A DNA stretch of 64,000 bases from the NCBI RefSeq assembly GCF_003918875.1, contig NW_025766370.1, positions 1,364,001-1,428,000 of the forward strand. Reading direction: 5' to 3'. The stretch is from Haliotis rubra. Lineage: Eukaryota. Position 1 is the first letter of the stretch. Each line of letters starts with the position of its first letter. The notes beneath the pieces are model-generated. The model did no database searches. It saw only the letters and a list, made by a program, of their open reading frames with translations, and was not told the DNA's origin. The position numbers and the translations under genes are program-made. This document shows positions 1 through 14,000 of the stretch, in pieces.

Positions 1-355
1 GAGTCAGAATGACGTGCATGCCATATTAAAGTGATGACATAATAGTTCGCGAAGGTTTTGAAGTCCTGAAGCATTGCCTTACACCTTCCAATTATGGGAT
101 TGATGTTCAAACAAAATTCAAAAGTTGTAATAACTGGTTCAGCAGTAATTATTGACATCAAAGGGTGCTTTCTAAAAAGAAGCATATATCTTACTATGCT
201 TGCATAACCTGGTTTGTATTTTTGCAAAGTGCATTCATATAATGTGTCACAGGTAGGAACTGTAGCTGCGTTGGTTTTAAACTTTAAAAGCTTTTCAGGT
301 ATATCCCGGCGTATATGGTTAATGCGGGAAGAAACTTTGGTAAAACACAAAGCAC

Positions 356-507
356 GGGGACGTTGGGGTAGCCTAGTTGTTAAGCGTTTGCTCGTCAGAC
401 CGAAGACCCGGGTTCGATTCCCCACGTGGATACAATGTGTGACGCCCATTTCTGGTGTCCCCCGCCGTGATATTGCTGGAATTTGCTAACCACACTCACT
501 CACTCAC
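356..507 (+). mobile_element. tRNA-derived SINE family 1 (CACT tail)
   Basis: A box TAGCCTAGTTG, B box GGTTCGATTCC, shared body. Confidence 0.9.
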
Positions 508-1267
508 AAAATGTGTGATGCTGACCAAGGTAAAGATATAATTAGCTCGATCAACGTTCCCGAACCCACTGTAATCGTTTAGGGGCAGGCCGAAGGGACG
601 CAACTATGCATCACGAACTGCGACACTTTACGCAGCTAGGCTACCTTAGCTCCCAACACGAATTTGAAGGGTCCTTCTTAGTCCGAATTGTCAATATGGC
701 ATTTATGCACAGTCTGGAGAATCTCACCACTGTGTCATTAAACACAAGAGTCGATATTATCGGCGATGAAAACAGCCACTACCAAACTCTCCATTGTCAT
801 ATACAGTACAGCCTCACAACAGGTACAAAGAGAGGTGTCTTAAGTATGGCACGAGATTTGGATTTTTTTTTTATAATGGGCGTTCTTTGTTGCCCTCAAT
901 TAATACGGCAGGCGATGTTGACATTAATAACTCGTGTTTGAACACACGGCGGGGACACATAAAAACGCAATGATCTCCTCTGCGTGGTGTTTGACCTACT
1001 AATACTAAAGGTCAAGGTCATGATACTTTATCAAGGACAGCCATGACACGAACCTTTAATATATAAGTTATAACAAACGACTGGGGCTCCCCTGTATTCA
1101 AGGTCGAATCGGTCTGTGTGTTGCATAAAAGATGGCCTTCTTTTCTGAAATATGTCTCAGTTAATATTTGTTTTGCCTAACGTAGGGATTTTAATTTTAC
1201 ATTTTGTTTCCCACAATTATGTAAATGTATTGCTTGGACATTCTTTCAATAGTGATCGAGTTAACGT

Positions 1268-1430
1268 GAGTGTGAGTCAGAGTGTGAGTGTGTGAGTTGG
1301 GTTAAACGCTTCTTCTAGCAACATTCCAGCAAGATCATAGCGGGAAACCAGAAATGGGTTTCACACATTGGGCAATTGAACCCAGGCTTTTGGCCTGGCG
1401 TGCAGACGCGTAACCGCTGAACTAGCCCCT
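1268..1430 (-). mobile_element. SINE family 1, degenerate
   Basis: reverse complement of body (ccagaaatgggtttcacacattg) and GAGT tail. Confidence 0.75.
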
Positions 1431-1913
1431 GTGGTTTACCATGGGACACTGATATTGCGGCATTTCACTTTTGTAAGGAACACTATTTTTTGGTGAAAAC
1501 ATAAAGTGTTGATACTCTGCTTACAATTCAGGATTCCTTTCTTCCTGACAGGAACCTTAACCTAAGGGACACAACTCTGCACATAGAAGGGCGAGGCCGT
1601 ATGCCTTTAATCCTAAGAAAGCGCTCAGTGTGTACGCGTACTTTTCTATGATGACCATCCAGATATTCAATTTCGACGCATAAAGGCCATGTTTTGCTTG
1701 GCGCCTCTAATAGAGACATAATTATTTTTCTTACAGGCACGGAATTTTGGTCATCGTAATCCGAAGCGTTGTATGGTGTCCATAATATCGAACACGGGTT
1801 TATCCGCGCAAGCATTTATTTAGCAGTGTTATGCCTGGGATATTACTGACTGTGGCATTAAAATAAGAACCATGTAATATGTGTGTGAATTATCATATTA
1901 GTTTTGGTTTCAG

Positions 1914-2023
1914 GTTTATACTGTAACGCAACATGGGACAAAGTTCTATGCTGGAAAGCGGCCAAAGCTGGCACCGCAGTTCGCATGAACTGCCCCCCCC
2001 TCTACCCGGGTTGGTACCCACAA
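1914..2023 (+). CDS. PDFR: GPCR exon (ECD: LYCNATWDKVLCWKAAKAGTAVRMNCPP...); apparent frameshift in C8 run at 1993-2000
   Basis: tttcag acceptor, gtaagt donor, class B C..TWD..CW motif. Confidence 0.9.
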
Positions 2024-5000
2024 GTAAGTTCAATGAAACATCTAGTCAAGAAATAATGTGCAGTCATATGTCCGAGTTTCTTTTTTCAAAAGTTTGTTTC
2101 ATATTTTTCTACATTTGTTTCAAGTAATCTTCATTTTTTATTCTTTTTGACAATTAAAAATAAACTTCGCTTTGACTTTCGCATTGACCTCCGTATTGAA
2201 CTATACTTTGACCTAAACCTCCATTTTGCCACAGACTTTGCCACTCGGAAATGTGGACCGAATGGCCGATGGGAGGGGAAAAACCCCGGAGACTTCAGCG
2301 TCCCCCCAGGGTTACACCAACTACATCGGCTGCTACACCCAACAGGCTCTTGAAATATACAAGAGATTCTACATGAACAAAACGCCACAGCAGAAACAAG
2401 TGAGTACACGTCAGCAATGCCATAAGGGAAAGAGGAGAACCTCAAGTCTCTGAACCATGTTATATTGTTCATTTAAAGCCCAGCATTTATATATACTCAT
2501 GGAAACGAATAAGGGAACACATGAAAGTACAAGTGTTCCTTTATTTATTTCCAGGATTTCACCCACAGTGCAATACATACCTTGTGAAGAAACATGGAAA
2601 AGAACATAGGAACACTTGTACTTTCATGTGTTCCCTTATTTGTTTCCATAAGTATATAATGCTAAAGCCCCGAAAGGAAGTCCAGATAATCCTCACGTTC
2701 ACTTTGAATTATTTTACCTCAGTGGTGAGAATTTTGACTTTTTGAATGGGGTTATTAGTTGTATCATAATTACATATTGTCAGAGACTAAACTCCAGAAA
2801 ACACACGCAGTACTATGGAACATGAAGTTGAAAGAACGTGAGTTTGTGTAATAGTGCATTTGAAAATCCAAATAAGGCTTAACTTAGTTTACTTAGGTCA
2901 AGAGAAATAGTGCATATATATTTCAAAATATGTTTGGTGTCATAACACGCGGTTAATAAAAGGTTATGTTTCAAAGCTTCATAGCCACAAGAAATCTCTG
3001 GTTAGACCAGATGCCATTATCGCATTCTGGGTATGAGCATGTATTCATGGACCACAATAAAGTAGTCTTTTTGTGTCTAAAGTCTTCAAAAATACTATAT
3101 GCATGGTTCAACATAATGTTTCCAAATGGGATCCTTTCACAGAAATAAGGAATCAAGGGATATTCTGCTCAAAGCCACAAATTGCAAATCTCCTACCAGA
3201 TTATTAAATGGTCCCTTCCTGAAAATGTGGCCTCAAACATACCTACTCACTCACTCACTCACCCACTTTCAGGTACTCAGAGACATCGTCTCAAGCGCCA
3301 GGACAATGGAAATAATTGGCTTGTGCCTCTCTCTGGTTGTTACAATAGTGTCCCTCATTATCTTCAGCTATTTCAGGTATGTATCTATACATTTGTGCAG
3401 TAGTATTCTATTTACAGGAAGCCTTCGACCTGATGTATCACGTGACCTCTATACTTAAAATTTATTCCTTTCGTTTTTGTTTGGAACATCCTTGTTATAA
3501 CTCCTGAACTACAAACATTACAGTAAACAGCTCAAACATTGAGAGATAACTGGTGGTTATCAGTAAAGACTCTCTCTCTCTTTGTGTACCCCTCTGTGTG
3601 TGTGTCTCTCTGTCTCTCTCTTTGCCTCTCCCGATCTGTGTGCGTTTCTCTCTCTCTGGCCCTCTCTCTGTGCCTCTCTTTGTTTCTCTCTGTGTTCTCC
3701 GGGTGTCTCTGTCTCTTTCGTTCTCTCTGTGCATGTATCTCTCTCTGTCTCTCCCTCTGTTTGTCTCTCGCCGTGATCTATATATATACATATACACATA
3801 TATATATCGCTAGGTCTCTCTCACTCTCTCACTCTCTCTCTGTGTGTAGGTGTCTCTGTGTTTCCCTTTTTCTCTGTGTGACTCTCTCTTTGTTTCTCTC
3901 TGTGTGTCTCTCTCTACGCTGAAAGGATTATTGTACAGCTGCTGTCATATAATATTGGTACTCTCTTGTATTTCCATGAGTTTTAACCGTTCTTCCTCAC
4001 AGGAACCTGAAATGCCATCGGACGCGCATCCACAAGAATCTATTCGTGGCCATCATTGTTCAAATCTCTATCATGCTCATATTGTACATCGACCAATACA
4101 TAGCGAGGACAGCGGGAGGGGAAGTGGCCGGCGCTTCCAGCGGAAGTAGTGGCGCCATCTATGACACGGTAAGTTCTCCGTGGTTTGAGCCCCTATTTCC
4201 GGTTGAGAAAGGGGATTGAAACAGAGCTGTACCAAGTCATACCTACTCCATCCATGAGCTAGTTGATGAGTGCATGGCTAGGTGGTCTGATTCTCAATCT
4301 TCTTGACGCCGCCGGACCTTCCCTGTCCCCATCTGCTTAAGACCAGTGTAAACATATCCATCTGTTATCGGGTATATTTAGGCCAGTGTGTGATTATAAG
4401 TAAGAAATCGAATGTTGACTAACTGATCGAAAACATTGTTAATCACATGAAGTGCCTCGCCCAAATCCCCGATTGACACCACATCACCATCCGCACCAGT
4501 AAGTCAGTAGATCCAATAAATATAAACCCCTTCATCCCAGATCCTTGTCATTTAAATATATTTCATTTGTTAAACTTATTATTTAAGATGTTTGGAAAAT
4601 CATGAATTCTGCAAAATATAAATTGTCAACAGCAGACAATCATTAGTCTAAAATAGGCAAAATAGTGACATATATACCAACAGAATATTTAAAATTAGTG
4701 ATGATACCAGGTGTTTGCTGAAGACATCTCAGAAACTTCTGTCAAAGTAATTAAGTGAAACAATATTGGGGCTAAAACAAAGGTGGAAGATTACACAATC
4801 AGAGATCGAATTTATCTGAAATTGGGTTACCTTTAAAAAACTGTCCCACCACGGACAATTATCGTTTGCCATGTCCGTACGCATTTACATAGGACACAAG
4901 TTTGACGACAATTCTCTGGTTCGCATAACTAACAATCAGAACGATTCCAGAAACAGTATGGTCCCAACTTAGGGTTTCCTGCCTTCGTCAGACATGTCTG

Positions 5001-8000
5001 TTGAAATGAGTCCAGTCATTTTCCTAACCTAAAACAACCCAACAAGCATCTCGCCTGTCACGTCCCGTCACAGACCACATAGCTGATTTGCCATGCTTCA
5101 AAGACGGTTCATTACCCGAAACATAATCTCTTATTGGCTAACGGTGCAACCCACGAACTAAACACAGCCAGACCCGTGCGTTTCATCTAAAGGAGAAATA
5201 CAAACTTTTCTGAACTTTACAGAAAAGTTATTTCTGTTGGCCTTTGAATTTTTTCAAATAATCGACAGTGATTATCCTCTGGTGTTGGTTGTTTTCAGTT
5301 GTATGGAAAGGGTCGATCATCATACTGTCGTTATCAGCAGCTTTTAATTATATCCGCTGGGTCAAACACGCAATGTGACAAAAAACACGAATCTAATACC
5401 AAACTATACTTGTGTAACAATCAAAATTGGAGGACAGCCTCAATGAAACACAACAAAGGCCTGATGAAAGAGTAATCACTGGAATAATATCAGAGAAAAT
5501 CGTGAACACAACCTCTCAGCAAACAGCTTTGAAGAAGGAATGATGAGTTTCCGGTCACGCGCAGTGCACACACATGGCAGATGCTACTAGTGATACAACT
5601 TGTTATTCATTGGAACATTAAGTAGGCTTCTTGTGAACTAGAAAGAAAATGCATTTGTTGTCAAGCAGAGTAAGTTAAAAGAAGAAAGATTTGGGATGAG
5701 ATATTGAAACTGCCCCCCGCCCTGTTACATCCGTTTTAAAAATGTTCGGAATTATGCTTACATTGCTAAATGTTTATGTGGGCCTAGTGTTTAAAGCCTG
5801 AATATTATAAACGGTGTGAGTATACTTAATAGCTACATAGGTTTAAAATCTATTCTATGGATATGGGGTAATATGGATATGTTAAACAGGCTAGTCAATC
5901 TATGTGAAAAGTGACCTAACCTCAAACTAATTACAACAGAATTTTGTAAAGTATAAATATATGTAGATGAAATGAAGAAATTCTAATCCTGAACACGTTA
6001 TATGTACTACCAACACACATCTATTTTCCGTGTTTATTCACAAACTATTTCAAACATTTAACATTAAGACAAGGTGTTCTAGAATAACGTATTTAATTTG
6101 TCGTTTTTTGTTCCAGTTGTTGTTGTTTATTTTGTTTAAATGATATACTCAGTGATATGTACTGGTGAGGTATTGATATAAGCAGAGTTCTGCTTGTTTA
6201 CCAAACCAGATTCTCTAGGAATACAAATATGTTTAAACCATAACGTTTGTAGTCGTGTTAGTTAATATGTAACACAACCAATGATACAATGTAATATTCT
6301 TACACACCGCATATGATGATACATATTAACATTTTTCAACGATGGATTCTCGTAAACATCGTATTATTCCACAGGACAATAATAGCTCTGAAATACAAGT
6401 TAATCGATACTTCTTTTTCTTTCAGCCGGTGTTTTGTGAAATCCTGTACGCCATATTGGAATACACGAAAACTGTCAAATTCATGTGGATGTTTGTGGAG
6501 GGCCTCTATCTACACAATATGATCGCCGTGTCAGTCTTTTCTGGGAAACCGAATTATGCTGTGTTCTACGCCATAGGGTGGGGTGAGTTAATTTGTTATT
6601 CCGGAAACACTTGAGACCAAGTATATAACAATAACTAAACAGGTAAATTAAGTCTAGAAATAGATACATTTGACATTTTCTTCATGAATATCGCAACAAG
6701 AGGTGATAATGGAGTAATGTCTCGTACAAGATTATTGTACTTGAAGGAAAACCAAGTTCTATGGATAGTCAGCTTCTTTATTGCACTGAGAGCGACGTTT
6801 CGGTGTAGGTACTAATACCGTTATGAAGCAAGTGATACATATACATATAGTTGTAACAAGGACAATATATATATAGTTTCAAGAAGTTTCCTAATCTTGT
6901 AGTCTGCTCGGTTGGTAATCTACAAGATTAGGAAACTTCTTGAAGCCATAAAATCCAACGCTTCAACCCCACCATGAACCGTGATCAAGGTTATTTTATT
7001 TCCTCGGCCTATCACCAACTAATTAAAGATCACCAGTAATCAACCCATACCTCGTCCAATTGGCTTCCATGCTTCCTTTAGTGTATTGTCACCACAACCA
7101 ATCAATGTGTACGTCAACCTACTCCCTTCAACTCACTATTACCATCTCAGTGTACATCAACTCCTCTATTGTATAAACTCATTCTGCATATTGTTTTAAT
7201 CACTATCACTCTGTACATCAACCTACTCTGCTCAAATCACTAATTAGCAATCCAATGTACACCAACCGTATCAAATGTATATACACACTATGCAGCCATG
7301 TATATATTCTCCATGTTACAACTCTTTGTATCACTTCCTTGATAACGGTGTTAGTACTTACATCGAAGCGTCGCACTCATCGCAATAATGAAGTTGACTA
7401 TCCATAGAACTTGGTTTTCCTCCACCTATATAACTTCTAAAATGCCTCTCAAAGAAGTTGTCCAACTGCCGGTTTTACAGTGGTAGCGTATTGTGATACC
7501 ATGTCTGAGTTTAACGTGGATACGACACAGTAGACAGACTGTGAGCTTGCTAGTCCTTGTTTCATTCCAATCGTTCGGATTGTCTGGTCCAGACTCGATT
7601 ATTTACAGACCGCCGCTATAAAACTGGAATTTACTGCGTGCGGCGTTAAACAACCAACCAACCAACCAACCAACCCGATCGTTAGTACCATTGTTCCATG
7701 TTGATCCCCTAGTTGAAACTATAACCTATTTGGAAATAAGTCCTTAAAAAATGTCGATGTAAAACCAACTAGCCAGTATTAAATGTGATGCAACTAACAG
7801 TTGTAGTTTAGAATTGACTACGTTCACAAATTAAACAGTATTTACAACGGCAGTACAATTTCAGAGGCACTATGATATACAGCAGTGATTGTATGTGGCA
7901 ATAAAGACAGTGATGGTAATTTTCAAATCATTGCAGCAGTGATCAAGGCTACAAAATAGGCTTATCCTGAGTATCCAGGGTGAAAAGTGATCTTCACAGA

Positions 8001-11000
8001 ACTGCTGGTCCTCTTGCAACATTGAAGAGCCGGGTTAGAATTGGTCTTCAGCAACCCATAACGGGATCGGTTGGTCAAGTGTGCTGACTTAACTGACTCG
8101 ATTATTTACAGACCGCCGCCATATCTTCTAGGAACGTGAGATGTAATGCGAAATGTTTGAGGCAAGAGCAAGCCCCTGTATATATGAACAAACGTGTCCG
8201 GAACTTCCTCTAACCCTCTCTTTTAGACTACACTGGAAGTGTAGAAATATCCACACCGGATTGAATGTTTTAAATGTCAACAGACCTGTACGGCCTGCAG
8301 TTTATATTGAGCTGAAATCAAGGTAAATGAATTCTAACACTGAGAATGCTTTGTAACACAGGGTCCAAAACTAACTGTACTCCAATACTGATCAAGAGCT
8401 CCTAGATGTAAAGCGGAGAAGAGCTGAGATCAGTTTACATTCACTTCATGCAGTGCAGTATGTGTCTAATTACTTGCTTTTGATACCATTAATGAACTGC
8501 TGTAGAGCCCGAATATATCATTTCCGGTAGCCGACAAGTTTTGGCTGTTCGCCTGCAGATTCCAAGAGGCCATTTCGTTCTATTCTTGTGTTTTGTAACT
8601 TGTACAGCAAGGGTGTGTCCTTACAGCTAAATATTTCGGCCTACAGAGTTTCCTGTGGGTCTGCAGGTTTCACAATGTGCTAACCCTTAAGGCTCTCAGT
8701 GTAGTCTGCTGGGTTTCAGTCACTGTCCCCAGCACTTAATTGCTTATCGAAGCTGCTCAGTTGTGGTCAGGCTCTGGGACTTAGTTTGCAGCGTGTCACG
8801 TTCATCATTGCTCAAAACATCGGTCACTGGTCGGACTGGTCAAAACACCTTTATATGCAAGTCACACGCGGAGTGCGTGATAATATATGCTGAGTATATA
8901 TCGTTCAACAATCTTTGTTGGCAGTCTACTTAAAACATCATGCAAGTGAAACCAGAACGACCAAAATTACCATGTCTACAAATATTTATTTTTCTAAATT
9001 ATGGGTAGGGACATTTGATTTCAAAAAGTATTTATACATTCTTTATATATGTCCTTAAAATATCTTTCGTTTCCCAAATAGAAACCATACAATACACACT
9101 AAGTCCAACATGAATATATATACTTCTATATGGCTGGAACAGAGACGAATATTTATAAAGCAGAATTTGAAACTTACTAATGGATAAAAGCAACAAAACA
9201 CTTTCCAAAATCATACTTAGATAAAAGCCAAAAAATCATTTTCAAAGGAAATCTGGAGGAGGCCTGATGTTTGATATTCTGGAGAATTTTCCCAAAAAAG
9301 TTCAAAAGTAAAAAGTTAGAAAAACACGAATGCCGTAAGCTACACACGTGAACGTGCTGCACGTGCAGCTTAAGCTGGATGATGTTTTCGTGGTATCATA
9401 AATGTATATCGTCAAGATGCGATGATGATACTGTTTATGATGTGAACCTATTACACAGTAATTGCGGTCAAAGTAACGGTATTGATCCAATCTCCTTGAA
9501 ACCTTTCATCTTGAGAGTCCGACATTATATGAAGCATACGTCGATAATCCTTCATATTGACCTTGAGATAATTTGATATATCTGTTTTCATTTATTGTGA
9601 CAAGGGTATTCATAATTGAACAGATGGTCTATTTCTGATGGGAATAATTGCATCTAGGAATATATGGTGCCTGGCTATTGATTGCTGTTGCAGTTCTTGG
9701 TCAGACTGCTATTGTCTTTTCTATTTTGCAAATAATCAGGTAGTAATGAATGTAAAGATAGTGAGTGAATGAATAGTGGGTGGGTGGGTGGGTGGATGGG
9801 TGAGTGAGTGAGTGAGTGAGTGAGTGAGTGAGTGAGTGAGTGAGTGAGCGAGCGAGCGAGTGAGTGCCTAAGGATTGTACATGCAGTCTGAATATTCAAA
9901 TGCCCCTCCCCTGCACATATATTAGTAATTCTACCAGTATAAAAAAATATTGAAGAAAACACGTATGTGTGTATGGGATGAGAGTACATTTGTAGTACAG
10001 ATTCCTTATGGAAATGATTTTTGTCACTTTGTACAAATATACTGTATATATTACTTGTGAGCATATTTGTATTGCAACGTGGGTGAAAATGATCTTATTA
10101 AGTAACGCTGCTGAACGCAAGAAGAATCAATATTATTTACGTTCGGGACATTTATTATCTCAGGTAATGGTGTAGAGAAAATTGCGAAAGTGTCCGAATC
10201 TGGATCAGTTGTCGTGGCCATCTTTTCGCGAACGTCCTGATCCCTATTTGTTACCTGAGGTAATGTTTATAGCCACGTCAAATTGGGAGAGTGTACTACA
10301 AAACCAAATCTATATTCATTGACGTGGTTGAAATGTGTACATTTCAAAGGTGCCCACCCATGTCAGTTGACTTCAGCTGAACTAACATGACACATCTGAT
10401 TACTTCTCATACGGTTCCATTAAATATGGTAATGAAAAGGTCACAAATATAGATGTTGTTCTTTTTTCATAACAGGTAATAAATTGACAAACATTTCGCT
10501 CGTCATCCCGACCCCCGGGTTTGATTCCCTACATGGTAAAATGCGTGAAGTCCATTCCCACATCGGTGACATTGCTGAAATATTGCTGAAATATTGGTGA
10601 AATGGCTTAAAATACAACTCAGTCACTTGTCAAATATTAAATCATGCGGATGTCCTTTTGTTAGTTTCGTACGGAGACGAAACCCAAACCCTACTATCGT
10701 CAACCTTTCGCACCAAGGTCGCCAACTGGAAGACTCTTGTTTTGAACCAGAGGACAGTCCGGGGTATCATATACTCATGGAAACGAATAAAGGAACATAT
10801 GAAAGTACAAGTGTTCCTTTATTTATTTCCAGAATTTCACCCACAGTGCTATACATACATTGTGGAGAAACATGAAAAAAGAACAAAGGAACACATTCGT
10901 TTCCATGAGTATATATGACCACAGTGACCACTCGTGGATTTGTTGGTTCGACGCCGTAACTTGATTGAAAACACGTCATCGTATCCCAATTACTGGGATC

Positions 11001-14000
11001 GTTGCTCATGATGCACTTCACTGGGCTACCTGTTCCCCACTCGACACTTTACAGACACGTCATCGTGTAGCTGAAATACCTATAAGTGCAAAGAAGTAAT
11101 ACACAACTAACACATATGAAGGTCAAGCCTTTGATATCTGCAAATGTATACAACTCTGAACAAATAGATTTCACCTAAACACATTCTCTCTAGTCGTTTG
11201 TTTTAAGTGAGTGGGGGAGTAAGGTTCCACTCCGCCTTTGGCAATATTCGAGTAGCTTTTTTGAAAAATAAATTGTACCCATGTGGAAACGAACCCAGGC
11301 CTTCGACGTAAGGGGGGAACGCTTTAACCACTGTGCCATCGGGTCGCCCCTTGGATTTGACCTGAGCAAGGCCAGCCATAACATGACTCATCTCACATGA
11401 AACAAATAAAATCAATAAGTATAAACACGAACATATCTCGTTCTTGATCAGTAATCGCTTGTTCAACATATCACTGATGATTGGGGAAATGCTTCTTTGT
11501 CAGGGCATAGGAATGTCGAAACTGTGTTTTCTTAAATAAGTGAAACACCATCAGGTTAAAGATAGGTCATCAATTGAAAAAGGAAATTAATCAGAAAATA
11601 GCAAATCTTTGAAGGTTGTGCTGAAAGTGCTATCCATTACACATCGATACACATTTGTCTCATCTAATTTAATGTTACTGGTTATCTGTCTGTAGACCTG
11701 GTGGAAATAGATCTCACCAAAGAAAGTACATCGGGGTCTCCGGCTTGCCTTCAGCACGTTTAATCAGTTTGCTTCAGTTTGCAAAGAAGGAGCTAGTGAA
11801 GTAGAAGATGGTATGATATAACCGTTCAAGTTAAGCCCTGACCGACATGACCTTGTAACGCCTCAAGGTTTGTCAGTTTCATGCCCCCATATCATTAAAA
11901 TCAGATCTAAAACCCTGATACGACATGTCACTGTTCAGTCGGCCAGACTCGCTAATTTCCGTAACCGCAAAAAGTCTGTTTCCGCCAAAACACCTTCGAC
12001 GATGCACATTTTTTGCGCGTTTACTGTTCATCTGTGTTTATTTTTTGTGAGTCCTATATGATCGAAGGTTTTTTCGTGATGGGTTTTGCACTTTTGCATA
12101 TACAACTAATGCTTGTGAACAGCAGCCTTTTGAAACATATAGTTCTGAAACGGTAAGGGTAAAGATAAGAGTGATCATTTCCACCGGCTGCTCTGGTCAT
12201 AATACGCAGAGAAATAATGAACACATACTTCCATATTACCAGTTTTCTGGCACTTTATCCTTTATCCTTTATCCTAGGATCTTTACATCACGTAGCACTC
12301 TTGAGCTATTGATATCCATACGTCAAATGTTGTCCCGGCTTGCAATGATTTCGAGTGCCTTCAAAGGTCTATTGACAGCTGATACTCAAATTACCCTTGA
12401 CGCTATGGGTTTTACTGGGACCCCAGATAACACAGACCATTACCCACAAATTAATTGTTGATTATTTTGATGACAAAAGGTTCGGTTCCAATTTTGGTTT
12501 GCCGACCATGTCTTGGTCTGGATTGGCAACGATATATTTGACGTGTCATTGATTCCACTGCAATGAGAAGTAGTTTTCAATTCTGAAATAGCAACCGTAA
12601 TCAATTATTTACACATTTGCATGACTAGAAACAATCCAAGCTCGCACCTGTTTCTTTTTCGAGAATCTAAACTCTTATCTGATTCAGACTTGCATGTTAC
12701 TGAAAAATATGTTATAAGAGATCGTGTTGTTTTAATCAGAAACCATATATTTACGCCTGTGGTATTGCTAGAATTACTAACAATCCGTGGATATAATTAT
12801 TGTGAACTATAGGTACTATTTAAATTCCTGCAGGATTGTAACACTGGTCTGAATATGTTATTACCATTGTATAACATTATAGTTAGAGGCCAACATGTAT
12901 TAATTTTGACTGAGTAGGGGTACGTGTCACCCTTGCACATGTAACAAAGTGAGACAGGAAATATTGTCAATCATATCACTAATCTTTCACTAATGCCTGA
13001 ATAAACTAAATGGTCTAGAATATGTCAAGAAATGCGTGTTTACATAATTGGCTGTACATGTCAACCGATTAATACATGCTTGTTTATCCTCCACGGATAG
13101 GCACATATCAACATGTGCTTGTTTACCCACTTTGGAGAGGCGCATATCAACACATGCCTGTTTGCCCTCTATGGAGAGGCACATATCAACATGTCTGTTT
13201 AGTCACTATGGAGAGGCACATATCAACATGTCTGTATAGTCACTATGGAGAGGCACATATCAACATGTGCTTGTATATCCTCTACGCAGAGGCACATATC
13301 AACATGTGCTTGTATATCCTCTACGAAGAGACACATATCAACATATGCTTGTATATCCTCTACGGAGAGGGACATATCAAGATATGCTTGTTTACCAACT
13401 TTGGAGAGGCACATATCAACGCATGGCTGTTTACCCACTATGGAGAGGCACATATCAACATATCATGTTTACCCACTATGGAGAGGCACATATCAACATA
13501 TCATGTTTACCCACTATGGAGAGGCACATATCAACACATGCCTGTTAACCCACTATGGAGAGGCACATGTCAGCATATGCCTGTTTACCCACTACGGAGA
13601 GGCACTTGGCAACACATTCTTGTTTACCCTTTGTGGAGAGGCACATATCAACAGATGCTTGTTTACCCACTATGGAGGGGCACATATCCGCATATGCTTA
13701 TTGAATATGTGCTCAATCCTGTATGCGCTATCAATGTGTGCTTATTTACATTCCAGGTGTAAAATATATCAATATATGTATATTTACATTCCAGTTGCTG
13801 AATATATCAAAACCTGCATGCATACGCTCCAGGTGTAAAATATATCATCTGTGCTTGTTTATAGTCCTGGTATATAATATTCATATATGCTTATTTACAT
13901 GCCAGGTGAAATATATGGAGATTATTACACGAGCAAGTGTGTCATACGACTTTTAAGAAACGAGTGTGAAATTTTGTATTGCCCGAGCAAAAGCGAGTTT

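Larger units (their letters stand above)
6745..7462 (+). mobile_element. Penelope-like element fragment with inverted pseudo-LTRs and GIY-YIG C-terminus
   Basis: 6745-6872 is the reverse complement of ~7302-7421; 6920-7023 encodes YKIRKLLEAIKSNASTPTMNRDQGYFISSAYHQLI (PLE endonuclease end motif RK..EAI...MNRDxG). Confidence 0.8.

Noticed and set aside
3495-3922. Arg/Glu- or Ser/Leu-rich ORFs
   Set aside because: Microsatellite translations.
13048-13838. Overlapping ORFs of 197-228 aa
   Set aside because: Translations of the intronic minisatellite.
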